IMG/VR virus record: IMGVR_UViG_3300013280_000002
Coordinates: 1 to 58,585 of that record
Source of the DNA: a virus
DNA length: 58,585 nt
Reading direction: 5' to 3' (one strand)
The notes beneath the pieces are model-generated. The model worked only from the letters and a program-made list of their open reading frames with translations. It made no database searches and had not been told where the DNA came from. The translations under genes were made by a program, and so were the position numbers. Every line of letters starts with the position of its first letter. Position 1 is the first letter of the stretch. Positions 8,972-15,315 of the stretch are shown here, in pieces.

Positions 8972-9429
8972 GCCCCCACAGGTTTCCAGGCACCAGTCTG
9001 GAGCATACGACGCATCCAGTTATAGGCGAAGGTCTCGAAGTCCTCGTGGCTGATTTCACAGCGCATGGGGGAGTGAGCCTGACCACACTGATAGGCCACG
9101 TTCGCCTCGATCAGGATGCGCCACTTGCGCTTGCCATTCTGGCGGAACACGACAATCGGGCGCCCGCCGAACTGCTGTGCAGCGGTGACGCACTGCTTCC
9201 ACCATGCGTTCAGGTCCAGTTGCTCCTGACGCTTGACTTCCAGGCACATGAGCACAGGGTTCGTGATGTCGGAGCCCCCGACGGCAGACTGGTTCTGGTT
9301 GCGCTGGAAGATCGGCTTGGTGGAATAGGGCAAGCCCTCGTCCTTGAGCGCACGGTAGGCAATACCGTTGAGCCAGTCGCAGACCTCACGCTCCCCGCTT
9401 TGCCCCTTCTGTCGAATATTGATTCCCAT
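8968..9429 (-). CDS. PD-(D/E)XK Holliday-junction-resolvase-like nuclease
   Basis: KGQSGEREV...GGSD...LEVKRQE fits a D...E.K nuclease core. ATG 9429 has a GGAGGA RBS; GTG 9432 is an alternative start. Confidence 0.65.
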   Translation of the reverse strand: MGINIRQKGQSGEREVCDWLNGIAYRALKDEGLPYSTKPIFQRNQNQSAVGGSDITNPVLMCLEVKRQEQLDLNAWWKQCVTAAQQFGGRPIVVFRQNGKRKWRILIEANVAYQCGQAHSPMRCEISHEDFETFAYNWMRRMLQTGAWKPVGA

Positions 9430-9866
9430 CACTGTTCCTCCAGAATGTCAAGTTCAATATGAGCCTCCGCAATCATTAACCGTGTCTCTGCAATGTCGTC
9501 TGCCCACCGTACCATAAAGGATTCATCTTGAAATGGAACGACTATCCTTGTGATTCCTGATTGAATGATTTTCGCGCAGCACGACGCACAGGGTAAGTGA
9601 GTAACGTAGATGGTACAAGATTGCACGCTGCGATGAGCAAACAGAAGCGCATTGGATTCTGCGTGAATTGTCCTCAGCAATTTTCGATTTCTACTTTCTA
9701 CTCCAACCGAGTCATTAAGGCCCCTCGAGAAACCGTTGAAACCTGTGCTCACGATCCGCTGGTTGGAATCTACGATTACAGCACCAACTTTCGTAGATGC
9801 GTCTTTGCTCCATTGGGATATGACCCAGGCAAGTTCGAGAAATCTAAAATCCCACTTCCTATCCAT
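9429..9866 (-). CDS. dCMP deaminase
   Basis: Zinc motifs HAESNAL and PCASCCAKI. 145 aa. Confidence 0.9.
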   Translation of the reverse strand: MDRKWDFRFLELAWVISQWSKDASTKVGAVIVDSNQRIVSTGFNGFSRGLNDSVGVESRNRKLLRTIHAESNALLFAHRSVQSCTIYVTHLPCASCCAKIIQSGITRIVVPFQDESFMVRWADDIAETRLMIAEAHIELDILEEQ

Positions 9867-10281
9867 TATTCACCTCACAATTAATTGCATATTCTCTGGC
9901 GCTTCTGCACCCGCCATGATGACAGATGCTTCCACCATGCCCCATCCGCGAGCCGCAGCAACACAGGTCAGCGTCGATCTTGCGGTGGCGCCACAGTGCA
10001 AGCCATCGCCTCCAGAACTTCGCCTTGTAGAGAGCAGTCGATGCCGCTGTGCTACCTGACACCGCCAGGAACACCTCGAGGACGAGCCATGTAGCTTGTG
10101 CCCAAGACAGATTCACCCCGTGTAACCACACAGCCAGGCCCACAGCCGACGCAATGCAGGTTAGCGCCACTACTGCGCTGATAGCGAACAATGGCGCGAC
10201 GCTGCGCTCCTGCTGCGCCCCCACCCATGGGCACTCCGACTGATCGTGCCCCACCCCTCCGCACAGGATACAGATCCTCAT
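9859..10281 (-). CDS. membrane protein with N-terminal CCHC zinc knuckle and C-terminal Cys/His cluster
   Basis: CILCGGVGHDQSEC equals C-X2-C-X4-H-X4-C. About three hydrophobic helices follow. C-terminal CCCGSRMGHGGSICHHGGC. GAGGAG RBS. Confidence 0.6.
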   Translation of the reverse strand: MRICILCGGVGHDQSECPWVGAQQERSVAPLFAISAVVALTCIASAVGLAVWLHGVNLSWAQATWLVLEVFLAVSGSTAASTALYKAKFWRRWLALWRHRKIDADLCCCGSRMGHGGSICHHGGCRSAREYAINCEVNNG

Positions 10282-10312
10282 TCCTCATCTCCTCGCTGAT
10301 GCAAACCGATGA

Positions 10313-10540
10313 TCATAAAGTCGAGCGCGGCGAATCCTTCCTGTTGAAATAACGGCGGATGGCATAGCCCCGAACAACGGACAGAGCGGTCATCCACGCC
10401 GTAATCTTGAAGTTGTTCTCCAACGGCATCGGAATGTCGTGGAACCAGCAGATCACGGCAGTGGCAATCATGGCAATGACCAGGCCGACTAGCGTATTGA
10501 CGACAGCCTCGAGCAGGCTATGCAATTTTGCCTGAGCCAT
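10313..10540 (-). CDS. small membrane protein
   Basis: ATG 10540 with an AAGGGAGG RBS. Two hydrophobic helices. Confidence 0.6.
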   Translation of the reverse strand: MAQAKLHSLLEAVVNTLVGLVIAMIATAVICWFHDIPMPLENNFKITAWMTALSVVRGYAIRRYFNRKDSPRSTL

Positions 10541-11021
10541 TGGGCCTCCCTTCATAGCGATACCACGAAGGCTTCATGGCAATCTTCTCTGCGATACGTG
10601 CGCGCACCAGTGCAAGCGCTTCAGGCGTCGGATCGTAGTCCTTGTGGAAGCGCTCGTCCAGCGCATCGAACACACCGTCAGGATCGAGCTCGCTGTCGCG
10701 GTTGAAGTTGATAGCCCGACGCTCCAGCTCCGCCCTCAGCAGGGCATAGCGCTTTCGCAGATAGAGGCCTTTATCGTAAAAGAAGCTGACATGCCCGGTG
10801 TTGAGCGTGTAGGCCGAAGGGATCTTCTTCAGAACCGCTTCGATCGCGAGCTTGGTGCGTTGCTCGTCGAAGTCGCCCATGTCGTTCTTGTCGAACTCAC
10901 GTTGCCATGCAGCACGCAAGCTGCGCCGCAAGCTCTTGGGCACCATCTTGATCTCGCGGAACTCAGCGAACAGGTGCTGATCCATGAGTTCCTCGGGCGG
11001 AACAAGGTTGATTCGTGTCAT
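10518..11021 (-). CDS. denV: pyrimidine-dimer DNA glycosylase (T4 endonuclease V family)
   Basis: MTRINLVPPEELMDQHLFAEFREI...GHVSFFYDKGLYLRKR...WYRY closely parallels T4 DenV. ATGA overlap with the upstream gene. Confidence 0.9.
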   Translation of the reverse strand: MTRINLVPPEELMDQHLFAEFREIKMVPKSLRRSLRAAWQREFDKNDMGDFDEQRTKLAIEAVLKKIPSAYTLNTGHVSFFYDKGLYLRKRYALLRAELERRAINFNRDSELDPDGVFDALDERFHKDYDPTPEALALVRARIAEKIAMKPSWYRYEGRPNGSGKIA

Positions 11022-11446
11022 CGCCAATCCACTTTCTTCAATCGGGTTGAGGTGTTCGGAATCGTCATTGCGTAGTCCAGGCACACCAGCCGCCCGTCGA
11101 GCATACCGAAGTTCTCAGGCTTCAGGTCGCTTAGGAAGGCTGGCACTTGCTCAGGCAGCGCCGACCGATCTACTATAGGCGAAGCCTTGCGCTGTAGCAA
11201 GATGCGTCCGTCAGGCGACAGGTATTCGCACGGAGCGAGCCAGTCCGCCACCTTCTTGTAGTGCTCGTGATCGTTCCAGAACCGCATCTCGAGCACGTTG
11301 GCGAAGTAACGCCAGTTCTCCTCGGACTCCACCTTCACGACTAGGTCGTCGCGCAGGCGACATTCGAAAACCTTCCGATGGATACCCTCACCGAGCAGCT
11401 TGCCACACAGCAGGTTGAAGGCGTCTTCGTATGTCGCACCGTTCAT
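11018..11446 (-). CDS. truncated protein-kinase-like protein (142 aa)
   Basis: Kinase-like motifs in order: LGEGIHRKVF (Gly loop), VVKV (Lys), SDLKPENFG (catalytic loop) and CLDYA (DFG position). Confidence 0.6.
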   Translation of the reverse strand: MNGATYEDAFNLLCGKLLGEGIHRKVFECRLRDDLVVKVESEENWRYFANVLEMRFWNDHEHYKKVADWLAPCEYLSPDGRILLQRKASPIVDRSALPEQVPAFLSDLKPENFGMLDGRLVCLDYAMTIPNTSTRLKKVDWR

Positions 11447-11712
11447 CCGACGTCGTCCTCGGCAATCATCTGCAGAGCGCGGTTGATCGAATCCACTGCT
11501 TCTCGAAGGTCGCGTTCGATGTCTTTACCTGCACCGCGCCCACCAGCCACGAGCAGTTTCTTGACCGCATGCTGAACGCACGGGTCAGTGACGTTGAACA
11601 GCTTGAGCACCCGATAGACGTCGATGTCCTTCAGATGCGACACGTCCTTGAAATAGTGGGAATGCTTGCGAGCGGGTGCGGTGACCACACTGGTCTGAGT
11701 TTGTTCAGCCAT
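11443..11712 (-). CDS. DUF3310-like phage protein
   Basis: HYFKDV...DVYRVL...HAVKKLL..GRGAGK...DLREA matches the DUF3310 pattern as I recall it. Confidence 0.5.
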   Translation of the reverse strand: MAEQTQTSVVTAPARKHSHYFKDVSHLKDIDVYRVLKLFNVTDPCVQHAVKKLLVAGGRGAGKDIERDLREAVDSINRALQMIAEDDVG

Positions 11713-11754
11713 GATTACTCCCTGAACGGGTCGGCGCGATGATTTCGTCTCTGG

Positions 11755-12294
11755 TCATGGCTTGGCCTCTGGGACGGCTGCGAGCGCCGACGCTAAAGAT
11801 TCAATGGCGCTCATAAGCTCCAGCCACGTTCCTTCTGCTACGCAAAACGCAGCGCACGAGTCTTTGTCGTTAGGCGTATCAACGAAACCTACGCGGCTGA
11901 CAATTTCCATCTGCGCAACCAGATTGGCTACCGCAACAAGCAACGCGGTCGGCACGCTCGGCGCGGGCTGTGCTCCATGACGTTTCGCTGCCTTCCATGC
12001 TGCTGCCCATGTGCCCGACTCTGACCGCCATTCGCGGTCGGTGAATGACTGCGAAAAGTGCTGCTCGAACGCCTCCGACATTCCGGGGTATGGTGCGTCA
12101 GGGCTGCGGTGCAGTTCGTTGCTAAATCGCGCCCACGACTTGCGCACGGACTCGTCTTCTTGGCTCGGCGCGGGCTGTGCTTCGGCAGGCACATACCCCC
12201 ATTGTGCTGCGAGTCGCTTTTGCACTGCCGGGTCGGAGAGGCTGATTTCTTGCTGTTCGCGCAGAGCCTCTTGAATTTTTTCGCTGAGTTTCAT
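11755..12294 (-). CDS. hypothetical protein
   Basis: 179 aa. The start overlaps the upstream stop (ATGA). Confidence 0.6.
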   Translation of the reverse strand: MKLSEKIQEALREQQEISLSDPAVQKRLAAQWGYVPAEAQPAPSQEDESVRKSWARFSNELHRSPDAPYPGMSEAFEQHFSQSFTDREWRSESGTWAAAWKAAKRHGAQPAPSVPTALLVAVANLVAQMEIVSRVGFVDTPNDKDSCAAFCVAEGTWLELMSAIESLASALAAVPEAKP

Positions 12295-12881
12295 TTCTCT
12301 TCTCCTTTTGCGCCGGGGAGGGCGTAGAGGCTACTGTTGTGGTGCAGATAGCGATGACCGGGGATAAAATCAACACTAGGGTTCCCGGTGATGCTGTTGA
12401 TGTGGATTGTTGCAACCGGCTCCTGTTTCTCCATCGCCTCTACCTTGGCTCGCAGGGCGTCGTTTTTAGCGCGTAATTCCATCACGTCATACAAACTCGC
12501 TGACTCATACTCTTTTGCGCACCCATTGAAGTACCCGAGTGCTGCTACTCCACAAGCTGCGAGGCGCATTCTTTCTACCTCAAGCTCTTTCTCTACCGCT
12601 TCCAATTTGCTGCGCAGGGCGTCGCGCTCTTTCTCAGCCGCTTCGAGGCGGTCGAGGAGTTCGGCAATTGCGGTGGGGTTAGCTGCGGCGATCAGGTGGG
12701 CGTTCGCTTCTTGCTGCGGTCCATAACCGCCGTCTGCTTTTGTTGGTCCGCAGGCTGCGACCTCCTGAATTAGCCCGCCGTCAATTCGCGCTTCGACATA
12801 TCGCGTCAGCTTGCCTGTGACATACCACGGCCCCGGCGTTGCTGCTTGCACCAGTCGGCGCAGCTTGTTGATGTCGATCAT
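12291..12881 (-). CDS. Ead/Ea22-like protein
   Basis: ATG 12881 with a GGAGGA RBS. N-terminal ATPGPWYV motif and a central coiled coil. Confidence 0.6.
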   Translation of the reverse strand: MIDINKLRRLVQAATPGPWYVTGKLTRYVEARIDGGLIQEVAACGPTKADGGYGPQQEANAHLIAAANPTAIAELLDRLEAAEKERDALRSKLEAVEKELEVERMRLAACGVAALGYFNGCAKEYESASLYDVMELRAKNDALRAKVEAMEKQEPVATIHINSITGNPSVDFIPGHRYLHHNSSLYALPGAKGEEK

Positions 12882-12949
12882 TTCGGTTCCTCCGGTGCAG
12901 CCACTAGCTGCTGATACGCGATCTCGGCGCCAGTAGTTTTTACGCTCAT
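12878..12949 (-). CDS. possible 23-aa leader micro-ORF
   Basis: MSVKTTGAEIAYQQLVAAPEEPK. GAGGAAG RBS 3 nt upstream. The stop overlaps the next ATG (ATGA). Confidence 0.3.
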   Translation of the reverse strand: MSVKTTGAEIAYQQLVAAPEEPK

Positions 12950-13310
12950 AGCTTCCTCGAGTAGTACGTGAATAGTTAAGAGGAAACGCGGCCCAGGTAC
13001 CAGTCCCAGGCCGCGCACCATATTCGTAGGCGTGTGGGGCCCACCCGCTTGCCCGCCCACCCACATGGGCACGCACACGGTGGATCACTCGGGCCGGGCG
13101 TCACGGGCTTTGACGACGGGGCTCCCGCTTGCGTCCAGCTTCAAGGAACCCGAGTGAGGGTTGCGTCCGTGAAAGGCTCACGGCGGCCTGTTGCGTCCGG
13201 TGAATTATGTGGTCTCCTGCCCCGCCGGAAGGGGAGTCCCAGGCCTCGCAGATTCATCCACCGTGTATAGTGGAGCTCACTGCTGCGCCGTGGGCTGCTA
13301 CTCGCTGCAT
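12950..13310 (-). ncRNA. candidate structured leader/ncRNA (ORF-free, repeat-rich)
   Basis: No credible ORF. Lies downstream of promoter 13311..13339. Contains nested perfect inverted repeats, 13075-85 with 13256-66 and 13086-93 with 13149-56. Confidence 0.3.
13129..13198. repeat. three copies of TTGCGTCC at 13129, 13161 and 13191
   Basis: Exact 8-mers spaced 32 and 30 bp apart. AGTCCCAGGCC is also duplicated, at 12992 and 13235. Confidence 0.8.
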
Positions 13311-13339
13311 ACTATAACGCCCACCGTGCCGGAGCACAA
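13311..13339 (-). promoter_or_regulatory. sigma70-like promoter TTGTGC-17-TATAGT
   Basis: Complement strand, just downstream of the stop at 13371. Confidence 0.4.
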
Positions 13340-13370
13340 GCAGGCGTTTTAGATATCTTGCAGGTGCTAA

Positions 13371-13583
13371 TCAGCTCCGACGCGGGTCAGCGGCCTGGTA
13401 GTCAGGGTGAAACACGCCTACGGAGTATTGCAGGGACTTCACCGCGCGGTTACGCGCCTCCACGCACTTACCCTGAGCTTGAAGAGCTTCGGCGTCCTGG
13501 AGGCAGAGCTGGGCGCTGCTTTGCATTGGTGCGCCGTTGTCGGCGTGCTTGCGGGCGAGCTGAATGACTTCGAATGCGTTCAT
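13371..13583 (-). CDS. hypothetical protein (70 aa)
   Basis: ATG 13583 with a GGAGAA RBS. Confidence 0.55.
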   Translation of the reverse strand: MNAFEVIQLARKHADNGAPMQSSAQLCLQDAEALQAQGKCVEARNRAVKSLQYSVGVFHPDYQAADPRRS

Positions 13584-13605
13584 GGTGTTCTCCAGATGAC
13601 CACAG

Positions 13606-13770
13606 TTAGCAGCAAGCGACGCGCGGGTCAGTGCCGAAGCCCGCAGGCTTAGCGTAGGCCTTGCCATCCACAATCTTATAGACCTTCCAGAACTTGGCTT
13701 CCGGGCGGGGCAGACGGATCAGTTCGCCGATCTGCGTGTAGGCCTTGGCGGTGAATTTGATAACAGTCAT
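13606..13770 (-). CDS. hypothetical protein (54 aa), first gene of the leftward early block
   Basis: MTVIKFTAKAYTQIGELIRLP... with an AAGGAGAA RBS. Too short to appear in the ORF track. Confidence 0.5.
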   Translation of the reverse strand: MTVIKFTAKAYTQIGELIRLPRPEAKFWKVYKIVDGKAYAKPAGFGTDPRVACC

Positions 13771-13803
13771 TTCGTTCTCCTTAGTGCGTTGCGGTATGGT
13801 GTA

Positions 13804-13832
13804 ACTATAGGACGAACTTCAGACCGACGCAA
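13804..13832 (-). promoter_or_regulatory. leftward early promoter TTGCGT-17-TATAGT
   Basis: Complement strand, within the divergent intergenic region. Confidence 0.5.
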
Positions 13833-13974
13833 GCACTTTCTGCGATGCTTCAGAACTTTTTAACATGGCTCGCTCACTAAGCCCGGCCCGCTAGAACTGC
13901 CAGGTCTTTTGGTCGGCGTTTCTGCAAACAGGCCGTGGCTGATCGCGCGCGCCCGCGCATAATGCGGGATTCCT

Positions 13975-14029
13975 CTATACCATATAACAAATAAACATAT
14001 TAACACATATATAGAGTAAGTATTATATC
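13975..14029. other. AT-rich tract in the divergent control region (possible DNA-unwinding element)
   Basis: The sequence catataacaaataaacatattaacacatatatagagtaagtattatat is flanked by C-tracts and stands out in a GC-rich genome. Confidence 0.35.
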
Positions 14030-14140
14030 GCCCTCCCCCCGACAGGGTCAGCCCCACCCCCGAGATAATACACACATTGGCAAGCCGTGTTTTTGCCGTA
14101 CTCTTTTGCCGCCCCCATATAAACCTCCCAGCATAATGCC

Positions 14141-14170
14141 TTGCCTTTAGCACGCTGGGGGCCTTATAGT
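14141..14170 (+). promoter_or_regulatory. rightward early promoter TTGCCT-18-TATAGT
   Basis: The -10 element ends about 33 bp upstream of ATG 14203. Confidence 0.5.
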
Positions 14171-14202
14171 GCAGCCACATTCACTTCACTTGGAGTATCA
14201 AA

Positions 14203-14979
14203 ATGGCACAGCTTGACTTCGACGTCGTTACCTTCGAGCAATTGCATTCCGCCCAAGCTGCACCCGCGCCCCAGCCTACCGCCTGGAACGGTGCTTCGGA
14301 TATGGACAGCAAACTCGCATCCATTGCAGCGAGCACGCAACAGCAGCTCATGGCGATCAATTTCAATGCGCCCGAAGAACAGCAAGTCTTGGCATTCCTC
14401 ACTGCGCTTCATGATGCAATGCTTGCGCATGGTGTGCCCGCGCTACCTGTGGAGCAATTCTACAGCACCGATGCATTCGAGCGCTGGAAGCTGTTACTCG
14501 CAGACGAGCTTGCGGAAGGTTGCAAGACCCCTCCGAACTTCAACGCCATCATGCCCACGTCAATCTTCGTGCGCGCACTGACGCCGTTCCGCTGTGACAA
14601 GCTGAACATGGAAGTCGTTACGTTCGCAGACAGGGTGCAGCGTGCGGCAGAGCTCAAGATGCTGTGGTTATCCGAGCACGATACGTCGGACAAGCGCGCA
14701 AAGCGCAACCGAGAAGCTCAACGTCGTTACCATCTACGTCAGAAAGACGACGGCAGTCCGGAAGCGAAGTTGGCCAAGGCAGCCAAGGTGGCCTATGAGG
14801 AATATATCGAGGCATGCAGACAGCGCAAGGAGGCGGAGGCTCAATGGGACGAGTACGTCAGGCAAGTAACGGAGCAAGCACGGGCACAGCGAGCCCACAC
14901 CATGGCGCAATGGAACCATCATGTGTCGGACAAGAAGGCGGCCTGGGAGGCTATCAAGGCGCAGAAGCCGCTCAATTAA
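14203..14979 (+). CDS. hypothetical early protein with a bZIP-like basic motif
   Basis: 258 aa with a TGGAG RBS. KRAKRNREAQRRYHLRQK is followed by a helical K/E/A-rich tail. Confidence 0.65.
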   Translation: MAQLDFDVVTFEQLHSAQAAPAPQPTAWNGASDMDSKLASIAASTQQQLMAINFNAPEEQQVLAFLTALHDAMLAHGVPALPVEQFYSTDAFERWKLLLADELAEGCKTPPNFNAIMPTSIFVRALTPFRCDKLNMEVVTFADRVQRAAELKMLWLSEHDTSDKRAKRNREAQRRYHLRQKDDGSPEAKLAKAAKVAYEEYIEACRQRKEAEAQWDEYVRQVTEQARAQRAHTMAQWNHHVSDKKAAWEAIKAQKPLN

Positions 14980-14986
14980 ACATGTG

Positions 14987-15015
14987 TTGCGATAACATAG
15001 CGAACGCGCTACACT
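14987..15015 (+). promoter_or_regulatory. sigma70-like promoter TTGCGA-17-TACACT
   Basis: Intergenic region 14980..15072. Confidence 0.4.
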
Positions 15016-15072
15016 ACTGAGCCATTCGGGGTGCCGCGTTCGCGCCCCCGCTAGTCTGACCGGGGACCCATA

Positions 15073-15315
15073 ATGACGGAAGTTGAAAAGACTGCTCAGC
15101 AGGAGTTTGACGAGATCTATATCACGTCAAGCGAAATCGGCCAAGAGCTTGGTGTATGCCGTGCCACCCTTGTGCATGCGCGACGTCGGGGCCTGCTGCC
15201 CGATCCGATTATCGTTAATGGTGCGCAGATCTTCATCTGGAAGCGGGATGTCGTTCGCCCGTACCTTGACGCATGGAAGCTCATGCTCCAAGCACGGAGG
15301 GGCGAGCTGGTATGA
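15073..15315 (+). CDS. small helix-turn-helix DNA-binding protein (Xis/AlpA/MerR-like)
   Basis: ITSSEIGQELGVCRATLVHARRRGLLP reads as an HTH motif. 80 aa. Confidence 0.6.
   Translation: MTEVEKTAQQEFDEIYITSSEIGQELGVCRATLVHARRRGLLPDPIIVNGAQIFIWKRDVVRPYLDAWKLMLQARRGELV

Noticed and set aside
12985-13020. A ...GGCCGCGCACCA end on the plus strand that resembles a tRNA 3' terminus.
   Set aside because: There is no T-loop consensus and no cloverleaf upstream. Only a weak 6-bp palindrome is present.
13075-13266. A retron-like msr/msd, suggested by flanking inverted repeats around a structured GC-rich segment.
   Set aside because: No reverse transcriptase gene is present anywhere in the genome.
13860-14180. 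A 106-aa minus-strand ORF in the divergent intergenic region.
   Set aside because: It spans the AT-rich tract and both promoters, has no RBS, and has an implausible composition.
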